Of a stretch of DNA of 57,398 nt, positions 47,916 to 57,398 are shown piece by piece. Source of the stretch: Prorocentrum cordatum (lineage: Eukaryota); contig CAUYUJ010000031.1 of NCBI GenBank assembly GCA_963575745.1, positions 62,001-119,398 of the forward strand, read 5' to 3'. The number at the start of each line of letters is the position of its first letter. Within the stretch, counting starts at the first letter, position 1. The notes below the pieces were generated by a model. That model was given only the letters and a program-made list of their open reading frames with translations, ran no database searches and had not been told where the DNA came from. A program made the translations under genes and the position numbers.

Positions 47916-49237
47916 GTTGCCGTGTCCCCCTTTTTGGTCCGCCCTTTTCCCTGTGGCCCCCTAGGTATTGGTCCATGCATGAAGCTGTTAGAGTGTGATG
48001 TGACCCTGGAGGGTCTCTCTGGTTGGCTGGCTGGTTTTCCGAGGTTTTTTCCTGATGATGTGCTTTCTCTGCGTTCTGTTACGTTTCTTGGTTAATTCAG
48101 GGCCCCGTGTTGTCGCCAGGGTTGTGGGCTCTGCCCAGTGCTCAGTGTGACCCTCTCTGCCGGCAGGTGAAGATGGAGAGGTGCAGCTAGAGAGAGTCCT
48201 CTCTCGCTGCGCCGCCGCCCCCCTGCTTTGGGGGGGTGCCTCTCTTGCCGCGCCGCCGCCCCCCCGCCTCTCTCCGCCGCCCGCCCCGCGGCCGCGCCGC
48301 CTCTCTCGCCTGCCCGCCTCTCTTGCTGTCTATGAGCTACAGGTTCTCGGGCGGGCGGAACGGTCTGGTTCGCTCGAGCGTCGATGGAGCGTCGCTCCTG
48401 TAGGGTAGGCAGGCCTTCCCGCGACGCCGAGCCGCGGCGCCTCCAGACACCCGTTGCGTCTGGCGCGGTGGAGGCCCCCCCCCCCTCTGCCGCGCCCCGC
48501 CGTCGCCCTCAGGTTCCCGACGAAGTTCGAGGCGCCCCCGCGGCCGCTCCGAGCGAGAGAGTGTCCCCTCTCGCCCTCAGGTTCCCGACGAAGTTCGAGG
48601 CACTTTGGAGGTCAGCTGTCTTGTTTCCCTTGTTCGGTGTGTTGGGGTCTCGTTTTTGGGGCGCGCCCCTTTTGTCTGCTCCTGCCTGCTGCTCTGTGGG
48701 TTGGGCCCTCGGTCAGCCGAGGAGTGAGTGTGGCATGGGAAGGATGCTCGAGTGTGTGAACCCCTTTTGGACGGTGTGCCGTGGGGGAGCGCGCGCCCGC
48801 CAGGGATCGAGTACACTCGGAGCAGAGTACCCGCCGCCGCTTCTCTTTGCCCTGCCCCTGCCGCTGCTCCTCCCCCGTCCTTTGCATGTATGATAGCACG
48901 GTGCCCAGTGCTCGTTGACATTCGGTGTGCGCGCTTGCGGTGGAAAAAAAAACTCCTCCTCCTCCTCCTCCTCCTCCTCCTCCTCCTCCTCCCCCTGCTC
49001 TCTCCTCCTCCTCCTCCTCCTCCTCTTCCATTGCGGCGCACGTAAATCGACTGGACGAAAGAGTGGCCGTTCGCCGGTGGTGCGGGCCCAATGGGGTCTC
49101 CCCGATCGTTGAACGCGAAGGAGTAGCAGCGGACTGCGCGGCCAGGTTTGGCCACCCCGCGTCCCCCGTCGAGTCGCGCGCCAAATATCAATCTTGCCTA
49201 GGTCACTCTTGCGCGTGACCGAGTAAGTAGGGATATA

Positions 49238-51333
49238 GGAGTGAGGGGGTCGAACGGTCATTCACTGTCCCTGGGTGCGTGGCTGAAGTGAGCTTCCGCG
49301 GTGCGGGTTGATGTTGTTGTGGTTGTTGTTGCTGTTGCTGCTGGATTTGTTGCTGTAAAGTATGCTGTTGTTGCTGCTGTTGTTGTTGTTGCTGTTGCTA
49401 CTGTTGTTGTTGAACTCCCATTCGTGAAAAATAATTATTGTTGAAACCCCTGGGGCATATCGTGTTTTTCAATGTAAGTAAGTGCCCTTCCCGGGGCTCG
49501 CACCCTGTTTTTTATGAGGGAAAGTATAGAGTCTCAGAATTGTGTTGTTGGCCCACAGTTTGCAACAACAACAACTGCTTCCGCCTGGTACCTCTTCATA
49601 GTGTATCCCCAAATCGCGCACTCGCACGGGACTTCCTCACAATGTATGCAAGAATCGCGCTCTCGCGTGGGACTTCCTTGCAATTTATTCAGGCGCCGCG
49701 CCCTCGACACTCAGGAATCACGCTCTCGCCCTGGATTTCCTCACGATTCATTTGGGAATCGCGCTATCGCTCCGGAGTTCGCCGCGATTCATGCAGGACG
49801 CACGCTTCAGCAACCCGCCTGCTCGACCTGGTCGCCTGGGCCCGCCTTCCCGACCCGCCCGTTAAGGTCTATCCGCCCGCTCTGCCCGTCTGGTTCTACC
49901 ACGTGTTTTCTGCTCCTCGCCCCCCTCCGGCTACTCTCTCTCGTGCTCTATCCTCCTTCTTCCCCCCCTGTCTCTTCCTTCTATCCGTCCTTTCTTCCCT
50001 TGCCTCAGGGGCTGCACGAAATACATGTTGCAAGTAAGAATGATGTACACCCCAATGGGTTAAGATCGAAGACGAAGATGGCGGGTACCGAGGGTTTGGG
50101 CTATGATATACGGGTTGAATGGTACGCGAGCAGATACGAACGAACAGTCTCAAAACGATTGTTGTTGTTGGTGTTGATTTTGTTGTTGTTGGTGGTGGAG
50201 GTGTTGGTGTTGGTGTTCTTGTTGGTGTTGGTGTTGTTGTTGGTGGTGATGTCGGTGTTGAACATTCATTTCTGGAGAATGAATGTTGATCTGCGGAAGC
50301 GGTTCCGCGCGCTCTCGCCTCGACGCGGGCTACATTTTCTCTGAAAGCGAGGCTCCCGCTCGAGCGTTGGCTTGAGCCTGCATGTGGGCCATTGGGGGCC
50401 CAGCTACGACGACAACAGCTCCCGCACGATATTTCCTCACAGTTTACCTCGAGACAGCTTGGTCAGAGAGGCCCTCGAACTCAGGAACGGTGCTCTCGCC
50501 CGAGACTTCCTCGCACTTCAGTCAAGTTGGCGGAGGCCCAGCCACGACGACAAGGGCTCCTGCCCGATACTTCCTCACGATCTACTCCGGAGCCCCTGGC
50601 CAAGAAGGCCCCGAACTCAGGAACGGCGCTCTCGCTCGGGACTTTCTCGTAATTCAGGCAAGTTGGTGGAGGCCAGGACACGGCGACAAGGGTTCCCGTT
50701 CGATACTTTTCCATTGGTATTCCGAGAGCCCCTGGCCAGAGAGGCCCCCGAACTCAGGAACGGCGCTCTCGTTCGAGATTTCCTCGCACTTCATTCAGTG
50801 GCCGACAAGGAAGAGATTCCCCCCGAAAGGGGGTGCAATCGAAGACGAAGTGGGCGGGTATCGAGGGTTGGGGTATACGGAATGCAAGACACGCACACCA
50901 GTAAGATCAAACAGTCTTACCATGATTGTAGTAGTTGGTGTTGTTGGTGTTGCTGCTGTTATGGTTGTTGTTGGTGGTGGTGGTGTTCGCGTGGTGGTTG
51001 TTGTTGTTGCTGGTGTTGTTGTTGAAGAGGGACGGGCGCAGAGCCCGGCCCCCCCCAAGCCACCCAGCAACCAGCAACCAGCAACCCAACAACCAGCAAC
51101 CCAGCAAGCCCCCCAGGGGGGGCCTTCGCTCCTCTTGGGGGGCTGCTGGGTTGCTGGTTCTGTGCTCCATGTTGGTGATTCGGATGATGATGATGATGCT
51201 GTGATGATGATGGTGGTGATGATGATAGTGACGATGACGATGATGATGGTGATGATGACGATGGTGATGGTGATGGTGATGGTGCTGGTTATGATGATGA
51301 TGATGATGATGATGATGATGCTGATGCTGATGC

Positions 51334-51380
<47 letters not shown>

Positions 51381-51549
51381 CTAATAATGATGATCATGCT
51401 AATGATGATCATGGTGATGATTCTGATAATTATGATGATTATGATTATGATTATGATTATGATTCTGATTATGATGATTATGATGATTATGATGCTGACT
51501 ATGATCATGCTGATGCTGATGATGTTGACCAGCATGATGATGATGATGC

Positions 51550-51592
<43 letters not shown>

Positions 51593-52366
51593 AAAACGCT
51601 GATGATGCTGCTGATGATGATGCTGATGATGATGAAGCCCTCCACCTCCTCCTCCTCCGCCTCCTCCTCCTCCGCCTCCTCCTCCTCCTCCGCCTCCTCC
51701 TTCTCCTCCGCCTCCTCCTCCTCCGCCTCCTCCTGCTCCCTCCTCCTCTCCCCTCAACCTCATCCCTCCCCCCCCTCCTCCTCCTCCTCCTCCTCCTCCT
51801 CCTCCTCCTCCTCCTCCTCCTCCTCCTCCTCCTCCTCCTCCTCCTCCCCCAGCGACTTCCTCCTCCTTCTCCTCTTCCTCCTCCACCGCACTGTTTCGTT
51901 CGTGGGGTTGCTGGTTGCTGTTGCTGGGGGGCAGGGGGTCGACCTTGGGCACCGGGGCTTCGAGCCTGGCCTTTACAGGGGCGTTGTTGTTGGTGGTGTT
52001 GGTGTTGGTGTTGGTGTTGGTGTTGGTGTTGGTGTTGGTGTTGGTGTTGTTGTTGTTGTTGTTGCTGTTGTTGTTGCTGTTGCTGTCGCTGTTGCTGTTG
52101 CTGTGGTTGTGGTTGTGGTTGTGGTTGTGGTTGTGGTTGTGGTTGTGGTTGTTGTGGTTATGGTTGTGGTTGTAGTTGTGGTGGTTGTTGGTGGTGCTGG
52201 TGGTGGTGGTGGTGATGGTGTTGTTGTTGCTGCTGCCGTTTGTTGTTTGTTTATTGTTTCTTAGTGCTTGTTGTTCGTGGTCTGTTGTTGTCGTCCCGCC
52301 CGCGACCCACCCGCGACCCACCCGCGACCGCCCTCTTCACTCTTATCCGCAATTGCGGGGTGCTAC
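49238..52366 (+). mobile_element. Non-autonomous Helentron/HINE-like element, copy 3 (expanded with nested repeats)
   Basis: 5' GAGTGAGGGGGTCGAACGGTCATTCACTGTCCCTG. Internal blocks 49420-49790, 50040-50155 and 50810-50920 match 5190-5510 and 4492-4605 in reverse complement. 3' end: short CCACCCGCGAC array, TCACTCTT, palindrome CCGCAATTGCGG, GGTGCTAC. Confidence 0.55.
51183..51634. repeat. (GAT)n degenerate microsatellite, followed by (CCT)n at 51645-51880 and (GTT/GGT)n at 51983-52240
   Basis: Directly visible. Confidence 0.95.
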
Positions 52367-52499
52367 ATAGGGATGATGAGAATCGGTCGCGCGGTGGGAT
52401 GCGGCGTGCCCAGTCTCGCCTGGCGCAGACAAGGCTGATGGTTGCGCTGGGGGCTTCGCGCCGCGGCTGCGCTCCAGCTCAGGGGCCCTCGAGCTGAGA

Positions 52500-52990
52500 C
52501 CAGAGGGGAGAGAGGGAGAGAAAGAGAGAGAGAGAGAAAGAGAGAGAGAGGGAGAGGGAGGGGGGAGAGGAGAGAGAGGGAGGGGAGGGGGAGGAGGAGG
52601 AGGAGGAGGAGGGAGGGAGGAGTGAGGAGGAGGAGGAGGTGACGGAGGAGGGAGGAGGAGGAGGAGGAGAGGAGGAGGAGGAGGAGGAGATGGAGGAGGA
52701 TGAGGAGGAGGAGGAGGAGGAGGAGGAGGAGGAGGAGAAGAGGAATAGGCGGAGAAGGAAACGAGGTGGAGGAGGTGGAGGTGGAGGAGGAGAAGGAGGA
52801 GGGGGGGAGGGAGAAGAGGAGGAGGAGGAGGACAGGAGAGGAGGCGGACAGGGAGGAGGAGTAGGAGGAGGAGGAGGAGGAGGAGGAGGAGGAGGGATGA
52901 GGTGAGGATGAGGATGGGATGAGGAGAGGAGAGGAGGAGCGGAGGAGGAGGAGGAGGAGGAGGAGGAGGGAGAGGAGGAGGAGGAGGAGG
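52500..52990. repeat. (GA)n/(GGA)n polypurine tract
   Basis: Directly visible. Confidence 0.9.
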
Positions 52991-53929
52991 AATATGTGGG
53001 AGGAGGTGACCCCTCCGCTGGGCGCGCAGGCCCAGGCGGAGCGCGACTCCTGGCGCGTGCGCGCCGAGCTGGCCGAGGGCGCCTCGCCGAGACCGTCTGC
53101 GCCGTCGGCGCGCCGTCCCGTGCCCTGACGGGCCAATCTTCCACCACCGCTATCATCGGCAGGACCGGGGAGAAAGGAGGACGGGGAGATCCTCCTCTTC
53201 CTCCTCCTCCTCCTCTGCCCCCTCCTCCTCCTACTCCTCCTCCTCATCCTCATCCTCCTACCCCCTCTCCTACATATGGCAGTGGTGGTGGGAGATCGGT
53301 CCATCATCCGCCCCTCGGGCCGGCGCCGCGGGCGCGGCCACCGCACCCTGCCTTCGAGGGCATCGTCAGGGAGTCACATGTTTCAAACAAGAGTCCAGGG
53401 GGCCCAGGGATATATAGACAAGTTCAGACAAGTCCAAGGGTCCCCCCAATTTGTCCACATGTTCTCGATCTTCGTCTACACCCCCTCTTCCACAATTTTT
53501 ATATTTTCGGGGTTATCGACGATTCTGTGTGTTTCTGTGTTGTCTTGCCCATTCTGAAAAAGCTGCTGAGGATTAGGATGATGAGGAGGAGAAGGAGGAG
53601 GAGGAGGACGAGGAGGAGGACCAGTGTAAACCCAAGAGTCTACCTCCTCATAGGCCCCAACGGTTCATTTCCATTGAGGGAACTGCCTCGTTGGAAGACA
53701 ACTGTTTGAAGATCCTGAAGCGTGCCAAAACATTGTTCTCGGGATTTCAACGCCACGTATCAACCTGACTGCTGCGTCTTGACGTTCCGGAACCGTACCA
53801 GAACGCCATTTGTCGGGTTTCAACACCGCGAATCAACATAATTGTTGCGCCCGCATAATCCTGGATCTTTCCAAAACGCCTTTCTGGTACGCTGATCATG
53901 AGAATCCGTGAAACTGTTGCGAACTGTTG

Positions 53930-54852
53930 TAAGACGAATGTGCGCGGCGCTGACGCGAGAGCCACATTTCGAAAAGGAACCGCCCTCGATCCGTGAAACC
54001 TCTACGATTCGTTCAAAACGAATGTGCGCGGCGCGAAGGCGAGAACCGCATTTCAAAAACGACCCGCCCTCAATCAGTGACACTTTTGCAAACTTGTAAG
54101 ACGAATATCCGGGGCGCTAAGGCGAGAGCCTTATTTTGCAAACGAGCCGCCCTCAATCTGTGATGCTCTTACAACTGTTTTAAAACGAATGTGCGCGGCG
54201 GTAAGGCGAGAGCCACATTTTGAAAACGACCCGCCCTCAATCCGTGAAGCTCTTGCATTCTTTGAAAAGAAAACGACTGTGCGCGGCGGTAAGGCGAGAG
54301 CCACATTTTGAAAACGACCCGCCCTCAACCCGTGAAGCTCTTGCACATGTTTTAAAACGAATGTTCGCGGCGCCCAGGCGAGAGCCACATTTTGAAAACG
54401 ACCCGCCCTCAATCCGTGAAGCTCTTGCATTTTTTGTTTGGAAAAATACAAATGTGCGCGGTGGTAAGGCGGGAGCCACATTTTGAAAACGACTCGCCCT
54501 CAATCCGTGAAGCTCTTGCAAATGTTTTAAAACGAATGTGCGCGGCGCCAAGGCGAGAACCACATTTTGAAAACGACCCGCCCTCAATCCGTGAAGCTCT
54601 TGCTTCTGCGAAGTTTTAAAACGAATGCGCGCGGCGCTAAGCGAGAGCCGCATTTTGAAAACGACCCGCCCTCACTTCGTGAAGCTCTTGTAGAGTTTGA
54701 AAACGAATGTGCGCGGCGGTAAGGCGAGAGCCACATCTTGAAAACGACCCGCCCTCAATCCATGAAGCTCTTGCAAAGTTTTACAACGAATGTGCGCGGC
54801 GCTGAGCGAGAGCCACATTTTGAAAACGACCCGTTCTCCATCTGTGAAGCTG
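53930..54852 (+). repeat. ~84-bp minisatellite, 11 copies
   Basis: ACGAATGTGCGCGGCG-like starts at 53934, 54018, 54101, 54185, 54273, 54357, 54448, 54532, 54621, 54703 and 54786. Confidence 0.95.
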
Positions 54853-55952
54853 CTGTCACTTTTAAACTTCAGAGTCATAAGTGGTGAGGAAGTCTCAGGC
54901 GAAATTCCCGGCCCGCCCTAAAAACTGGCCTCGGGGTGCGACAGGGGGAAGTTTTCTACAAGGAGAAGAAATGGAAGAGGGCTTCGCGGCATCTTTCGTG
55001 CCGCGCGACCCTTGCTGCGAGGACCAGGTTTGGGGGATGTTCGTTCCCAGCTGCGCTGGATGATTGCTCTGTTCTGCGTATCGTGGGCTCGCGTTGCGAG
55101 TTTGTGTATGCGTTGTTGTGATGCAGTTGCATGTTCTGGATCAGCGCGCCTTTGTGGTCCAATCCTTTTGCGTGCCCTACAGAGTGTTTGGCAGGGGGAA
55201 GAAAATAGGTCGGGTCCGGATGTCCGCAAACGGCTCAGAACCAATTGTTCGCGAATTCCAGTGCCCCCACGGGTTGTGTTCACGGCCGCTCGGTTGAGGT
55301 GCAGACAACATGTTCAAAAGGATCGGGTCGTAAAGTTGTTCGGGCCGGCCCTGGGTTCGCTCGGGGTCACTCAGAGTCATGGGGGGGGAAGAAAAGGAGG
55401 AGGAGGAGGAGGAGCAGGAGGAGGAAAGGGAGGAGGAGGAGGAGGAGGAGGAGGAGGACGCGGAGGAGGAGGAGGAGGAGGAGGAGGAGGAGTGTATACC
55501 CAAGACGCATCAACGATGTTGGAGTGCACTCCCCCTTCCAAGCTCCCACTCCATGTGCCCATACAAAGTTTATCTCCACTGAGGTAATGTGTGCCCCGTT
55601 CGGTGGCAACCGTTTGAAGATCTTTGAACGTGCCAGAGAACCATCCCCTGAACTTGAACGCCACGAATCAGCCTGACGGTTGGTGGCCCTGCCTGCCAAC
55701 AAGGACAAGCAGTTGGCTGGGTTCGGTGGTGCGCCGAGACCGTTCGCGCCTTCCCGTGGTCCGCAGAGCCCGTGGGGCCGAGGATTGAAGACGAGACATC
55801 TACACAAACCCTAATTGTTTTGTATCTCCCGCGTCGGAAGACCACGTCTACCTGCTTCTGAAAAACCAGTATATCGGGCGTGTATTTCGAATGTTGTTCT
55901 CTTGCTCTGGCCATAAGCGTCTGTGGACACATAGGGTGCCGTTACCTGTGTG

Positions 55953-55980
55953 TATATATATATATATATATATATGTACC

Positions 55981-56038
<58 letters not shown>

Positions 56039-56118
56039 AAGAGATAGAGAGGAGGAGAGAGAGACAGAGAGAGAAGAGAGAGAACAAGAGATGGATATAT
56101 ATATATATTATATATTAC

Positions 56119-56150
<32 letters not shown>

Positions 56151-56181
56151 ATGAGAGAGAGAGAGAGAGAGACGAGAGATG

Positions 56182-56225
<44 letters not shown>

Positions 56226-56275
56226 AAAACAAACAAAGAGAAAGAGAGAGAGAGAGGGAGAGAGAGAGAGAGAGC

Positions 56276-56311
<36 letters not shown>

Positions 56312-56325
56312 GAGATAGAGAGAAA
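55953..56325. repeat. (TA)n/(GA)n compound microsatellite
   Basis: Directly visible. Confidence 0.95.
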
Positions 56326-56659
56326 CAGATAACGAAATAACGAAAAAACAAAACTCATTCGGGGTGGATGCGCCTATGGACAATGGGGTCGTTGCGTTTG
56401 GGGCACAAGGTCGGGGAAAGGGGTAGGTTCGTTTACGGGATGTTCTTATGCCAAAGTAGGTCCCACATGGTGCTCCAAACGCCTGGGCGGCGCCTCCACC
56501 GCCGTCCCTGGCGCGCTCTAGGGCTGATGGTCCAGTGCTGGTCGCAGAAACCCGCGCGGACCTCCAAAAGTTTATTTCAGGGCTGCCGCCTCTGCCGCCG
56601 ACCCCAAAGAGGACCCTTCCCCGTGCGGAGCCCGTTGCTTGCAGCTACGAGGTATCGCG

Positions 56660-57398
56660 GGCGCTGAGAAGCAACGCCACGTGCATGTGAAAAACGCGGA
56701 GACGGGGGAGAGGGTGCCATTGCCAGCATGTCGTCGCAAGGACAACCCGAAGTTGCGTAAGGCAAATGTCCCGCGAACAGCGCAGTTCATCGACCGCGCG
56801 GTTGTGATTTGTCCAGGGCTGGCATGGCAGTTGGATGTGCCGAAGGAAGGCTGGCGGAACCGCGTCGGGAGCTTGCGCGGGCCCAGGAACTATAAGAACC
56901 TGAATGGGACACACCCATGCGTGCTGGCCGCGCAGCGCTCCAACTCAGACGTGCAGTTGCCGTCCAGGTTGCCGATGGCCAGCGTGGTATGCACGTGCGG
57001 GAAAGAGGATGCGAAGAAACGTGGCGATGCAGCTATCATCAAAGGTTGTCCAGTTGGCTTAGGACGCCTAGACACGGCACGCGTGCGATCGTTGTACGAA
57101 AAAGGCAACCCATGGCGTTCCACGGAGCGCGCGAGTGTTGCAAAGGCATCGAGAAGCTCGACCGGCAACTGCACGGGGGGAGTACGAGCCGCATCGGAAA
57201 GCGCATTGCGACACGAATCATGAGCGACGCGTGCGGGAAGGGCACCATTCGCTGGCAGCTTGAGTGCGCGAGCCTGCGGGCGTGCGCCAGGGAGGGCGAT
57301 ATGACGTCGGCGGAGTCGATCAAGAAATGTCAAGCCACCGCTTCTTACGGGCGCGGGTATGTGGAAATGGATGATCGGTTAGCAGCTGGCATGGCCTG
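56660..57398 (+). pseudogene. Decayed fragment resembling the Rep region of dinoflagellate Helitron-like Rep/Pif1-helicase proteins, probably continuing beyond the window
   Basis: KQRHVH..GERVPLPACRRKDNPK..VICPGLA..GPRN..LNGTHP..SNSDVQLP, then in shifted frames HACD..KRQPMAF..ECCKG..GKRIATRIMSDACGKG. Recalled similarity only; no HUH motif is seen and no search was run. Confidence 0.5.

Larger units (their letters stand above)
42486..48952 (+). mobile_element. Full-length SL-headed L1/Tx1-like non-LTR retrotransposon (LINE-B), decayed
   Basis: SL, 119-nt 5' UTR, ORF1, APE-RT ORF2, ~1 kb putative 3' UTR, A9 at 48944-48952. (CCT)n on both flanks. Confidence 0.88.

Noticed and set aside
49201..49220. 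Hairpin GGTCAC-N8-GTGACC as a terminator or Helitron 3' end
   Set aside because: The stem is only 6 bp, no matching second terminus was identified, and bacterial-type terminators are not expected here.
53930..54852. Possible CRISPR array (regular repeats with variable linkers)
   Set aside because: The repeat is ~75 bp, the linkers are only ~8-15 bp and related to each other, there are no cas genes, and the context is eukaryotic. It is a minisatellite.

Overview
This is repeat-dense, GC-rich eukaryotic DNA. Three exact copies of the dinoflagellate spliced-leader core CCGTAGCCATTTTGGCTCAAG (19216, 33841, 42487) indicate a dinoflagellate nuclear genome; a Prorocentrum-like source is only an inference. 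I find no intact host gene, and most long ORFs in the track are microsatellite or GC artefacts. The retroposed content is: (1) the 3' fragment of a CRE-like non-LTR element with a restriction-like endonuclease; (2) a ~6.9 kb minus-strand LINE with a RanBP2-finger ORF1 and an APE-RT-RNase H ORF2; (3) a ~6.5 kb L1/Tx1-like LINE that starts with a full spliced leader, ends in poly(A), lies inside a (CCT)n tract and is interrupted by an antisense poly(A)-only insert; (4) an SL-headed processed pseudogene of a 4-TM protein with an A-rich tail and a 21-bp target-site duplication; (5) a further decayed SL-headed insert within a CA/CG microsatellite. Also present are three copies of a Helentron/HINE-like non-autonomous element, a decayed Helitron-like Rep fragment, several MITE or palindrome families, minisatellites and long microsatellites. 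The main hypothesis is an SL-trans-spliced LINE system associated with microsatellites that also retroposes SL-capped host mRNAs.
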